From Takakia lepidozioides (taxonomy: Eukaryota; Plantae; Bryophyta), in the NCBI GenBank assembly GCA_030704615.1, contig CM060732.1:40672001-40736000 (forward strand): DNA of 64,000 bases, read 5' to 3'. The position numbers and the translations under genes are program-made. Below the pieces are notes generated by a model that worked only from the letters and a program-made list of their open reading frames with translations, was not told the origin of the DNA and did no database searches. Positions 13,101 to 25,120 of this stretch are shown piece after piece. Within the stretch, counting starts at the first letter, position 1; each line of letters begins with the position of its first letter.

Positions 13101-16100
13101 TTTATGTGCATCCATGCCCAGCGCTGCTGCCACATGCTCAATTATTGCATCTGCGATGAAGGACCCCTGGACATCACCAGGTGCTCGCATGGACGTCTTG
13201 GGGATTGAATTAGTTTTACACACTTGGGTAGTAATATCCGAGGCCCCCCAGTTGTACTTCTTTATGGCACCCGAAATACTGCCAGGTATTACGGTGCTCA
13301 AATCTGGAGACCAACCTGCCTCAATCAAAACATGAGCTTTGAGGGCTGTAACTTTCCCATCAGCAGTGAATCCCACAGTAAAGGTGGTTTTTGTAGGGCT
13401 GCGTCCTCCAATCAAAATCATGTCTGTGTTCCGGTCCAGTGAGAAGCGCACAGGCTTCTGTAACTTGTATGCAGCCAGCGCACACGCCACTGTAATCTGG
13501 AGAACAGGGAGGAAAGGCACAAAGACTATTCAGTCATAACAACACTTAAGAAACTGGTCATAACCTCCCAATATGTATATGGAGTCTTGTGGTGGAGGGG
13601 ATGAGAGAGATTGATAACAGCTACATGGGGACCCTAGTTCCAATTGGACAAAGTAAATAAGCAGAAACCCACAGCAAACTACACAAAATGTTGCCATAAG
13701 AGACAGAAATAAAATGAAATGGTACTTTATAACGTCCGCGTAAAGCTCATAGAGCTTATGGGACAAAATGGAAGAAAACATGAGAGAGGAAACAAAACCA
13801 GAGCCAAAAATAAAACTATTGCTCAAGTGATTATCTAAGGGTGAAGGCCTCGTGCAGGTAAGCTGCCAAGTATTTCTGATCCTCATAGTGGAAGACTTCA
13901 GTGAGAGATTGGGTTCCGCGGAATAGACAGTGGAATCTTCCACGGATCTCATAGAATAGGGGGCAATAGAAGAAGAAGTGTTCTTCAGTTTCAATTTCCC
14001 GGTTGCACCCTGTGCAAGCTGGACATAGGCGGTCCTCCCGTTGCAGGTTGTCCCATCTGCCAGTCTCTATCCAAAGATTGTGGGAGCCCACCCTGAACCG
14101 CCCCAATGCCCTCATGAGGGAAGGAGATAAAGGTGCCGAAAGGCAACTGGGCTGCAAGATTCCTTCATCTCGGAGAACCAAATGTCTTTCGATAGAAATG
14201 GAGCTTTGTCGTGAGATTGGGTAGCTTCCAAGTTCTCCTGACATGTAGTTCCATAAGCTCCCTTCTAATGAGTCTTTTGTGATCCTGTTTGGATGTGATG
14301 TCCACCCCTTCTGGATTCTCTGGTAATAGTGAAGCAATAGAGAGTCCATTGTGCACAGAAAAACTGTCCACTCGAGCATACCACGAGTGCTTGAAACCTG
14401 CAGTTTTGAGCCTAACAGATGTTGTGAGGGCTCTTGCCACGAGCCCCTTGGGTGAAAGAAATGAAATGGTGCTTTATAACGTCTGTGGAAAGCTCATAGA
14501 GCTTATGGGACAAAATGGAAAGAAAGGAAAAAAGAAGAAAGCTTCAATAATTCCAAGGAGGTCTCAGGGGAACAAAATACAACAACAAATAACACCAAAA
14601 TACACCAAACTTCTGCCAGAGACAGACCAAAACGAGAAATGAAATATGATAAGGTACTTCCTACCATACATGGAAAGCTCACAGTGCTTATGGAACACGA
14701 GGAAGCAAGAAACAAGAAAGAGAGAGGGGCCCTCCACAAGCAGCCCAAAAACAACTCTTGCTCAAGGGATTGTCTAAGAGTCAATGCCTCATGCCAGTTT
14801 GCTGCTAAGCATTTTCTGATCCTCGTAATGGAAGACCTCCGCGAGAGATTGGGTATCACAGAAAACATGATAGAATCTCCCACGGATCTCATAGTAGAAA
14901 GGACAGTGGAAGAAGAAGAAATAATCTTCAATTTCAATTTCCCTGTTGTTTCCAGTGCAAGTAGGGAAAAAGGCGATCCTCACGTTGCAGCTTGTCCTGC
15001 CTACCAGTCTCTATCTGCAGACTGTGAATGCCCACACCTCAACCTCCCCACAACTATTAGAAGAGAGGGAGATAGAGCTGCAGACAGGCAATTGGGCTGC
15101 AAGATTCTTTCATCACTGAGGACCAAGAATGTCTCCAGATACAACTGCAATTTTGTTGTTTTTGAAACAAAGCACCTTCCACTGGGAGGCCCAAAGGACC
15201 TGTGAAGAAAGAGGGACATGCGTACTGATTGACTATCTTTCAAGGCCCTGTGAGTCAGACCCAGAACCCCATAGACAACTTGGATGGAAGTTGTTCAGAC
15301 AAGACAGACAGATACAGGATTAAATCATAAGCAGGTTAATGGCTCTCACAGGCATGTTCCGAAATACTTTGCCTCCAAAAGCACCACCAAGCCGGCGAGT
15401 AATGACACGGACGTTGTGCATCGGCAGTCCTAGGCAGGAAGAGATGGCCTCTTGCACAGTGTCAGGGGCCTGGGTAGCGCAGTACACCACCAGGCATCCA
15501 TCCTCGTCTGGGACAGCTAGAGCTGTTTGTGTCTCCATGTAAAAATGATTCTGGGATGGTGTGGACACCTGTACAATGTCCCACATCAAATTTGGTTTCA
15601 ACAAACCATCTGCTTAAGATAAACCCAATGCAAATAAAGATATACTGAAATTCTGGTTGAACAAGATGAAATCCTCCTCACCAAAAGCTTTAGTAATATG
15701 TGTGTGTGTGTTTGAGCAAGAGAATGAAATGAAATGGTGCTTTATAACGTCCGTGGAAAGCTCATAGAGATTATGGGACAAAATGGAAAGAAAAACATGA
15801 GAGAGAAAACAGGAAACCAGAGATAGAGATTATAACTATTGTTCGAGTGATTGTCTAAGGGTGAATGCCTCGTGCAGGTAAGCTGCCAAGCATTTCTGAT
15901 CTTCATAGTGAAAGACTTCAGTGAGAGATTGGGTTCCACGGAATAGACAATGGAATCTCCCACGGATCTCCTAGTAAATAGAAGAAGTGTTCTTCAGTTT
16001 CAAGAGAGAGTTTCACCAGTGTGTATGAGACTAATTCCAAGTACTGCACAGTCAACGACCATCTTCTTTACAGATGCTTGAGTGTTCATCCCTTGACACA

Positions 16101-19100
16101 TTAGAAATATAAGGGTGATTCCTAAACTGCTCACCAAGCCATGCAAGAGAGTCATGATGGTTCGAAAACTACTTACCTCAGCCCCTTCAATCTTGAAGTC
16201 TGCCTCTGCAAGGCCCTTGGCAACATCTCCTACAGGATGCAGCTCAGGGGCTATGAACCAGTGAGGATCAAAGAAGGATTTTTCGGTGACCGCATCCTCC
16301 ACAGAGAGGACAGCAGGTCCAACACTATGTGTATCATAGTCTACGCTGACTTTGGCTGCAGCATTTCTAGCATGGTCATATGTGTCTGCAACCTGTTCAA
16401 GACAAACGCACCATATCTCATGTTACAAAGGTGGAGACATTTCCTCAATATTATTTCCAATCCTGAATTGTCCTGCTCTTTTCCTGGAATGGGCAGTAGA
16501 GAGTGGGTGATGTGATAGTCCACTCTCCAAATAAATCTTCTATATTCATTGATATCAACCGGCATATCTGCTTAAAGTGGGTAGCAGAAGGCTGTGAGGC
16601 TGTGAGATACTAGCTTCACGCTATGCTGTCTTATTGTGATGACAATTCTCCTGAAACTGTTAAATGGAAAAATTTGAAGTGAAGCAATCTCCCCCACACA
16701 GCTCTAGCACCCCTCTTCCTCCTGGCCACCCTCCTTCCTTCAGGTTAGTGGAAAGTACCACAACTCCCAAAAGTTGACCGACACACTCCACGAGATCTGT
16801 AGCAAAGAGGCTCTCCTTAGCCAAGAAATGGTTAATTGCGATATTCTTTCCGCCAGGGGGGATGTCACTAGCAGAGACATATGCCACTGCACCTGTGGAC
16901 CCCAGGGCGGCATCCGCAGTCACACCCTTTATCTTGGCCAATGGCTCCTTACTGTATACGAATGCGGCGTGCAGGCAATTCTCTGGTGATGGAATATCGT
17001 CGACATATATAGCTTCTCCTGCAATATTAAGTCCAAAACATTTCCTTTCAGAACTTTTGACCCTGCCAAGGACAAGCCAAAGCCTTAAGGCACTCTCTGA
17101 GACTCCGTTCAATGTAGTGTGATTTGGAGGAAGCTTAACTACAGTACGAGAGCACAAGGATCAGGGCATAGTTATACCAAGAGAGCAGAGAGAGTACCAG
17201 ATGCTTGGAGCTCAGCAAAAACCTTGGGTGCAGGTTGGTTCACTGGGAAATGCTCATCAGTCACCGTGATGTTCTGCCTTCGGCTGTGATAGGCCTGTGA
17301 AACCAGAAGCAAGAAAATGTAATTATTACACATTGCTTGCTGCAGCCTGCTGGCCACAGATCCTCTTCATAGGTTTCAGTGAACTGCTCCCTCCATATGG
17401 AAGCCACCCACATTCAAAATTGCATCTTAGATTGTACTCATAAGACGTTGTTTGCCGTAGCCTTGTGGCCATTGACCCCGCGCCCAGTTTGAGCGGGAAC
17501 AAAAGGGACAGAACCTACCTCTGTCAGGGGCTGACGTTGGTAGTAAGACTTACCTCCATATAAAGAATTAATCCGGGTTTTCCAGATATCCTCTAGAAAT
17601 CCCTTCACACAAGCATCAATCTGCTGTGTGTGTTTTGCCCAAAAACTAGGCCTCAGGAGGGCCTGGGCTTTTGGCTCAGCCTCGAGACTTTCAAAGTTGG
17701 TAAACAGGGGTACAGGCACAATTCCCTTAATAGATTTGAAGAGAGCGTCTCTTTGGTGAGAGAACCCCGGACAGTGTATCAGAAAATGAATACTGTCTTC
17801 AGATTGCCCACACAACGGGCAATTGCACTCTCCCTTTCCTCTCTGCTTCTGTTTGCTGTTCAAAGGTAGGCTTCCTGCCCTGAGTTTAAATTTCAGTCTA
17901 GTGCCGAGAGTGGGTAGACCCTTGAGGTCATCCAAGATGTCCTCCCCCATGTCACAGACTGGAAACAAGTTCAGGGAAGTTTTCTGCCTAACTTCATTTT
18001 CATCAGACAATCTCATGGCAACAGACATGGCTGAGGACACTACAGCCTCTAAGTCAGATTTATCCAGCAGGGTCAAGACTTGCGGATTCAGGTCCAGGTC
18101 CTTGAGGATCTCTTCTACTCTCTTCTGCCAGGACTTAGCCTGTTTGACAGGGCGGTCCTGTTTCCAAGATATAGAGTCGATTAATTTAGGATATCTGGTG
18201 TTGGGCATATGTTGCAGCTGATCCCACCATCTGACCTTGAATTCATCTCGTCGGGAGCTTAAGGACGGAATGCCAAACTCACCCCGAACAGCCACATTGG
18301 CTGTTTTGGAGCATGCTGACATACACTCCTTAAGCACCCCCACTTGAATGGATTCTAGAGACTTAGCCTGGTTGGAGTTATCAACCCATATAGCAGATCC
18401 GTACTCCAAGGCAGGTCTAATAACGCGACAAAGCATGGTTTTCTTAACCTCAGAGTTGACCCCTCTGCAGTGGAAAAATTTAGTGAGCCCCAGAGCTTTG
18501 CCCTTGCCAGTTTGAACAACTTTCCGGATATGTGCATCCCAATTACAATTGGAGGAGAACTCAACGCCCAGGTAAGTGTAGGAAGGGAGGACCGGGATCT
18601 CTTGGCTACCCCACTGCCACTTAAGATCACTTCCTCCCTCTCCTCTGTCGTTGAATGCTACCACTGCACATTTGCTGACATTAGCCTCTAGCCCCCAACG
18701 ATCAAAGTATCTCTTCGCGCAATTAATCAACTCCTGGAGATTGGTTGGAGTCTCCCCTATGCCTGCGAAGTCATCCGCAAACATAAGGGCTGGTATGGTG
18801 GTATCACCCACCCTTAACCCAAATCCCTCACTTTCCACATCCTCGAGGAGTTGATTGATGAAAACATTGAAGAGCAGAGGGGAGAGAGTACATCCTTGAG
18901 CTACACCTTGGTCTATGTCAAAGAAGTTGGACTTCTGTCCGTTAACAGTGACACAGCTTTTGGTGTGAGCATACAAGTTGTGGACAACTCTCCACATCTT
19001 TCCCTTGATCCCACAAGACCAGAGGCGGAACCATAGGCCATCTCTCCACACTGTGTCATAAGCCTTTTTGACATCCAGGAAAAAGACATAAGTGGGTTTC

Positions 19101-22100
19101 CCTTCTTTTTTCCTTCCCTGGATAATCTGGCTTAGAGTGAAGATATGATCCACACAGCCCCTGTTTCGCCGAAAGCCAGCTTGGCCTTCGTGGAAACAAC
19201 CTCTAGACTCCAGATCAACCTCGAGACGAGTACTTATAACTCTGCAGAATGTCTTGCCAACAGCATTGAGGAGCGTGATGCCACGGTAGTTCCCCGGTTC
19301 TTCTCTGTCACCCTTCTTGTATAGATTGACAATGACCCCCTGTCGCCAGCGAAAGGGGATCATTTCAGTCTTCCAGATAAGGTTAAAGAGGAGAACTAGG
19401 GCCTCTATCATGGGATCGCCACCGTGCTTGATAAGCTCGTTGACAATACCATCAGGTCCACCAGCTTTATATCCATTTAAATGTTCAATTGCTTCCACAA
19501 TCTCAGAAGAACTAATGGGAGCATTATAAGCCATTGAAATATACTCCAGTTCATCAGGGCTGTTTTGAATCATAGGAACAGTTTTTCCAACTGTGTCCCT
19601 CCATTCAGCAGAAGACCCCTCACTGTTAGAGTGGGCATGCAAGTGACCCATAATCTATAGCGCTTGAATCTCTGAGCACAGTAACTAAGGTATTTCCATC
19701 ATGAAAAAGAACAGAAAAATGCTTCGTCACAAAAGGCCCCCTTCAGAAGTGGAGATGTACCTTTAGTGAATGAGATTATTCAGCACTGCCAAGGATTTTC
19801 AAAAAACCTCTATGACAGCCATCAAATCCATACTAGTTCCACTCCAGAATTGCGAAGAACTGACTCAAGCTTCTCCAACTAGCGAAGAGAGGTGTGGTCA
19901 TAGTCTTTGATGCTTTTCAGCTCAGGGCCTTCCATAGAGAAGAGTACCTATTACTTTCACTAGCCTCATCTTTCCCGAGGACAAAACATGTATGTGGATT
20001 CCTTTCCTCCCAGCTGATTCATAAGTTTCATCCTCAAAGCATTCCCAAAATTTTCCTATGCCATTTAAGAAAGCAATCTGCTTTACCGATCAAAATCCAC
20101 AAGGATTGAAAAAAAAGGAGATTCTGATCAAATCGCAGGTGCTGGGGCTCAGATCACTTACAATAGTAGGTTGCCTTGTAGGTGAGGTTTTGAGCGGGAG
20201 GAGAGGATTGAGAAATTCGAAGAGAAACCCCACAGCCGAGCTCACACGAAACTCTGCCTTGGTTGTCCCAACATGCGGAACAACATCTACCTTCAACAAA
20301 GAAACAGCCTCCAGCAGCAGGCTTGGCGTCAGGACTTTGCTGGTAATTAACTCTTCAACTTTCAATGCACGAATGGCATGCTTTGTCCCAAATGCACCAT
20401 ATGCCAACCGAACCTTCTGGATCACAGTTCCCGCTTCACTGTCAGAGACACAGGCGAAGAAAGCTGCATTAATGTAGGAGACAGCATTCCCCATAGGCCT
20501 TGGTGAGGCCCGAAAGGTCTTGAACACCACTTTGGAGCCACTGGAATCGTCATTGACCTTCCCATTCCCATTGAGTGAACCGTTGATAACATGATGACCA
20601 TTGCTTATTGGACCCCCATCCTTAAGTGGAATCCAAATTGACTGCAACAAACTCCCATCATCCAGCAACCCTTTTGCAAGAAACTCGTCCAGATTCAGAG
20701 ATTCGATAATGGGATGTGTTTTTCCCTCTGAGACAATTTTAACTGTGGCCCCAGCTCCAAGGAGGATGGTGGCAAGATCTGATTCGAAAGAATACTGCTG
20801 GGCCATCACCAAATTACCCCCCATGCTCCCCCAGTTACGCACATGTCCTGTGGCCAATTGCTTGAGGTGAGTTGCCAGAGCAAGACATATGGAGTTGCTC
20901 GCATTCTCCCCATAAGACAGGGTCCCTCCATTTGCTTTACCATTTTCCTGTGTCTGATTTACGCCGGAGATGGGGCTGAGGGGTGCAAAGTCTTCCAAAA
21001 GGTCAACGAGTTTGGCAATGCTTACAGCTGCACCTACTTCAATTCCATGAGAATCTTGATGAACAGAGAGCAGCTCAGGTACCTGTACACACAAGAGTAT
21101 GGTGTTTGCATCATTTGACTTGCCTTCACATGTGTGAAGGAAGAAGCCGTTACTTTCAAAGAATCTTTTAATGACACCCTGATTTCATGAGAGGAAGGGT
21201 GCTCCCCAAATGCCCATATCTCTAGAGGCATTCTGACTCATATAATACCCCCTCCACCATCTAATCAACAGCCAGCCTGTCATGAACACAATTCCTCGAA
21301 ACACTTGCTAATGCCAAAATTGGCTGACTGCACTTAGGTGCAAACGTATACCTTGCTTATGTCAATGAAGACTTCAGGCTTTAGGTCTTTAAAGATTCCA
21401 GAGCTGGTGTTCCCCACGACAAGTCTCACATGACGTTTACCCTGGTACAATTTCAAGGAAGAAAAAACTTCTGCCAGATTTCTGGGGCTGACCCACAAAC
21501 GGTCCTTTTCCCCTTCGTCTGGGCTTGTGTCAACGTGTCGGAATCGCAACTGCTGTAAATGATCGTGAGGTTCGTCGTCTTGTTTCCTGGGTATCGCCTT
21601 TGCCTCTAACTCTTCAAGGAGAAACTTTGGAAATATGGGGTCCGCTGATGGATCGTACTGCGGAAGCTGATCTGGGCCTCCCGACAGGTTATTTGCCTGA
21701 AAGGAATTTAGCCCCAGATCTTCCAGATCCACATCACAAGCAAAACTCTTGCAAGCATCGAGAATGGGTCCGTACCCGGTGCAGCGACACAGATTGCCAG
21801 CAACAGCTTTCTCAGCTTTCTCAACAGTGAGACCCGGAACAGCATAGGGCTTGTTACATAAACCTCTACCGTTGCTTTGCGAGCTTTCTTTCGTGGGCCC
21901 CAAATCATCTGTATCTCCGTTATTTATACCATTAGAGATGCAGCTAGAATTCTTCGCTTGTTGGGTCCTCAGGCATCCATAGATGGCCATGGTTATCCCT
22001 GGGGTGCAGAATCCACATTGGGAAGCATGAAAACCGGAGAGCCGTTTATGAATGGCATGATGTCCATCGCGTAAGCTCCCAAGCCCTTCAGTCGTCGTGA

Positions 22101-22770
22101 TTGCACAGCCATCAATGGAGCAAAGGAGAGTGAGGCAGGAGTTGATAGTGAGCTCTTCCACTTGCTTGGTGCTTGAATTGTACCTCGAGAGAAGAACGAC
22201 ACAAGCGCCGCAGCCACCTGCAGGTACGGACCCATTAAGCATTAAGGATACATGGAATCACGGTCACATAATTACACTCTGATTAGATGAAACGGGCGTG
22301 ATATTGAGACAGATTTTGAATTGATGAATTCAGCTAAGGTTTCGAACGAAGTACAGTTCACCCAGAGTCCGCAATTGGCGTGTACCACACAGAGCATGCA
22401 CTGGGAGTTCCAAAATCGAGACAGCTTCAAATCCGCAAATTGTGCAATAAGAACATGCAGGAAATCGTAGAATTTCTTCATTTCAGACTGTCACTTCAGC
22501 GCTGCCCATCGTTCACTCGACGCTCAAGTGAGAATTTACTAGGCACTGTGTGATTTGACCTCGAAAAGTTAGCAACAGCTTGAAAACAGGGAGCAAAGAT
22601 GCATCTTCACCTTCCCCACATCCGCGCTTGGTGCCGCGGAGGGGTGTGTGCGTGCGAATGTAGTAGAGAAGCGTGGTGGCAGGGTCCACGTTGGCCAACT
22701 CCACACGCTTTCCATTCAACGCAAACACCAGGGGCCTGCTCCCCGCCTCAGCAACGCTGGGCTTCTCCAT
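7141..22770 (-). CDS. AAO: Aldehyde oxidase (molybdo-flavoenzyme, plant AAO-like), 13 exons, 1447 aa
   Basis: GT-AG exons: 22770-22611, 22217-21352, 21082-20162, 17294-17198, 17018-16759, 16392-16177, 15568-15350, 13496-12741, 12105-11887, 11608-11522, 11354-11256, 7729-7540, 7394-7141. Total 4344 nt, in frame. Motifs: [23 protein letters not shown] and GNLCRCTGY (2Fe-2S); VGNT and [10 protein letters not shown] (FAD); [31 protein letters not shown] and SSKASGEPP (Moco, catalytic Glu). Lacks the XDH-type GGKET and AFRGFG residues. Confidence 0.95.
8074..8354 (-). mobile_element. LINE family B 3' fragment (RTE/RTEX-like), in AO intron 11
   Basis: [24 protein letters not shown]...AFTLRQSLE; 3' UTR with AGCTC-TAC-GAGCT hairpin; (CATTTC)n tail. 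Confidence 0.85.
8403..11146 (-). mobile_element. LINE family B 3' fragment, split in two (8403-8763 and 10930-11146) by family A insertions
   Basis: The two halves join into the sequence seen intact at 14040-14290 ([12 protein letters not shown]...TTKLHFY / [20 protein letters not shown]). Confidence 0.85.
8830..10919 (+). mobile_element. LINE family A, 5'-truncated (RT plus C-terminal CCHC), antisense in AO intron 11
   Basis: ORF 8979-10562 with [47 protein letters not shown]; [16 protein letters not shown] in a shifted frame; 13-bp TSD TCTATCTGTAAAT at 8817-8829 and 10917-10929. Confidence 0.95.
13707..14445 (-). mobile_element. LINE family B 3' fragment (longest copy), AO intron 7
   Basis: [33 protein letters not shown]...[13 protein letters not shown] (CCHC); 3' hairpin AAGCTC-TAT-GAGCTT; CATTT-type tail. 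Confidence 0.9.
14458..14528 (-). mobile_element. LINE family B, 3'-UTR-only micro-copy
   Basis: TTTTGTCCCATAAGCTCTATGAGCTTTCCACAGACGTTATAAAGCACCATTTCATTTC on the minus strand. Confidence 0.8.
14636..15165 (-). mobile_element. LINE family B, more diverged 3' fragment
   Basis: [33 protein letters not shown]...; [28 protein letters not shown]; diverged 3' UTR with CATTTC tail. Confidence 0.85.
15722..16001 (-). mobile_element. LINE family B 3' fragment, AO intron 6
   Basis: Same 3' ORF end, hairpin and (CATTT)n tail; flanking repeat CAAGAGA at 15717-15723 and 16001-16007. Confidence 0.85.
17429..19651 (-). mobile_element. LINE family A, 5'-truncated but with an uninterrupted 737-aa RT + CCHC ORF, sense orientation in AO intron 3
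   Basis: [70 protein letters not shown] ends NNVL* followed by only GTACAATCT. No endonuclease domain is present. Confidence 0.95.
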
Positions 22771-23310
22771 CTCTCTTTCAGCTGCGTTCCCTCCTGCACA
22801 CTTGCAGCCGTGTTGATCTCTGATGTGTTGCAGAGCGCACTCTTCCTTTCCTCAGGGTGACTGAGAGATGGTGGCCCGTGGGCCACCATTGCCCCCTCCT
22901 CGATGCCAGATCTTGCATCGCTGCGAGGAAGATGCATGGTCACCTTGTCGTCGTCCATAGAATCTTTGCTTCGATCAAATTTGGGACCTTAGCGCCGCAA
23001 GCAAACAAACCCAGCATCAGGTCGTTCATCCCACGACGTTATCTATCTCAAATCCAAAGAGAAAGTATTATATTCTGTAGTCAAATGTTGTCACTGTACA
23101 AGCAGCAACTTCTTCAGCAGGAGGGATCATTTCCCATTTCCTCAGCAGAAGATTAGGAGGGATCTAAGTGCAGCTTAGGTTCGTTCAGATCCCGGTGAGC
23201 AGTGTCGACAGAGTGGCAGAATGAGAGGTGCCCAGTGCCCAGCTTTGCAGCACTTGCTCCAAGCAAAGGGAAAGGAGGCATGCCAACTTCTAGAGACACA
23301 TGCCCCTCCC

Positions 23311-23320
23311 CTATATATAG
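23311..23320 (-). promoter_or_regulatory. Candidate TATA box of the AO gene
   Basis: CTATATATAG about 540 bp upstream of the AO ATG; position only, no transcript evidence. Confidence 0.4.
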
Positions 23321-24079
23321 CTAGAGGAATAGAGGGCCGGCGTTTACCTGCAAGGGAAGAAGCTCATAAAATTTCGCTAAACTTGTAGTCTCTCTCTAAG
23401 CTAGCCAGAGGATCCAAGACAGAGCTGCCCCATTTCCCAGTGCGAGAGATCAAGAAGCAAAAGTAGGGGAGAGGGCGAGGGATCCATGAGAAGAGAGCCT
23501 GGTCTAGTAGATCATGAAATGGGGAGGTGTTTTAGCTACTTAATACAACATCTCAATACGTACCCGTCATCATCAAGGGTACACACACACTAAGGCACAT
23601 AGCTGGGTTGAAATACACCGGAACCTACCACAAGACAGATTCAGATTTTCTGATTCAAGAGCAGTGTTTTTTTTTTCATATTTGCAAAATCGCTGGCAGG
23701 GCCACCTGTGAATTCCCATGTGGCGAGAATATCGAGGTGACAAAGTTAAAAAAGTTGCTATATTCCAGGTGTCATGTTTTCATTGGTCCACGTAGGCAAG
23801 ATTAGGCTCCTGAAATTTTATCTCCTGGTGCAGCCATTTGACAAATCACCAAACTTGGTGGACATTAAGTTACACTAAGGGGCATAATAACCGTCCACCT
23901 AATCCGACTGAATGCCTGATATGAGCAGCTGAAATGCTTTTGACCGCTGGTTTCATGCCATGTGGTTATGTATATATATGACACCAGCCAAAGCTAGTGT
24001 GAATAAGAGCCTCTGCCCCATGCAAATACTGCCCCTTCAGGATGGGCTCTATCGGAATTTGGATGTCAATCTTGAGTTT

Positions 24080-24900
24080 GTTGAGGATAAGAGATGTGAG
24101 CGAAGTAATAGTTGTAAAATGTATGGTGCTTAGAAAAGGGCTGGTATGCGTAGGGGTAGTTTGAGGTTCTCTTTAAGGATGTGGATGTTGTGGTTGTGTG
24201 CAACTCCTCTGACACCTGCAGTAACAATAGTCAGGGGAGCATGTTCCATCCGTGTTGGCCAAGGGTCTTTGTAAGGGGTTCGTATTTGTCTCTTTTGTAT
24301 TGGATGGAGTGATGTGGGTATATATTATGGCAGATTGTGAATTCTATAATATAGTAAGAGATGGTAGTGGCCTTGTTGGTGCAGATGATAAGATAGGGAG
24401 GCCATGGATCATGAGTAGTATATCAGGGCAGAGTCTTATCAGGCAGCAGCAAGGGTGCGCCCGACATGTGCACAGCGAAAGCCATGCATGATGGGACCGT
24501 GTGGTCCGGCGGTGATGCGTTGATGAGGTTAAACCATCTAGATTTAGGATGTGATAGCATAGTTTGAGGAGATGTTTGACTCCTTGGTTAGGACGGGTAA
24601 CAGGAACTCTGTGTATTATGGGGTGAGTACAGTGAAGATCAAGAAGGTGGGGCCAAGTGTCTATTTGGGGATGCTGGATGTGAGACAATGTACAATGCTT
24701 GTTATGATATAATAAAGGCCAGTTATTCTCCTTTGATGACCCATGTATTGTCCATATCAGAATCGTAACGTTCTGATTTGGGCATCAATAACTATATGAG
24801 GTCCAAAAGTGATTGGACGTGGCATGTTTTAGGTATGGGGAAGATACCCACTTCAATATATATGAATTGGGAAAGGTGCGGAAACCTTGATACATCTTTG
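24080..24900 (-). mobile_element. Degenerate C-terminus of a restriction-like-endonuclease (RLE) non-LTR retrotransposon
   Basis: Across frameshifts: CTL...DTWPHLL..HC.HP.IH....TRPNQGV (degenerate CCHC + RHN), WLSLCTC....CCC..RLCPDILL (PD motif, ~24415-24437), IEFTIC (~24330-24348), GWN..PLTIVTAGVRG (~24205-24250). Confidence 0.6.
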
Positions 24901-25120
24901 GTTTCCTTTGTGACATAGGTGTGTAGTCTCGTATAGGTGCAATAGTAGGGATCTCGCCCTAGTTGAGATGAGTCAGAATGGATATATATGTGCCAAATGA
25001 ATAGAGTCATTTGGAGCCCATGAGTTTTTGGTAGCCAGAGAGTAATGACTGCACGGCTCCCTGGTCCCTCCCAAGGTTCCACACTCATGGCCACTCATGG
25101 CCACACATTTTCAGACCTCT

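Noticed and set aside
8979-19651. Stand-alone RT ORFs as retron, DGR, group II intron or domesticated RT genes
   Set aside because: Non-LTR RT motifs, C-terminal CCHC, variable 5' truncation and TSDs identify them as LINE copies.
7141-22770. Xanthine dehydrogenase as the product
   Set aside because: It has GGKVFRNMP and SMRAPG (AO type) rather than the XDH substrate-binding GGKET and AFRGFG motifs.
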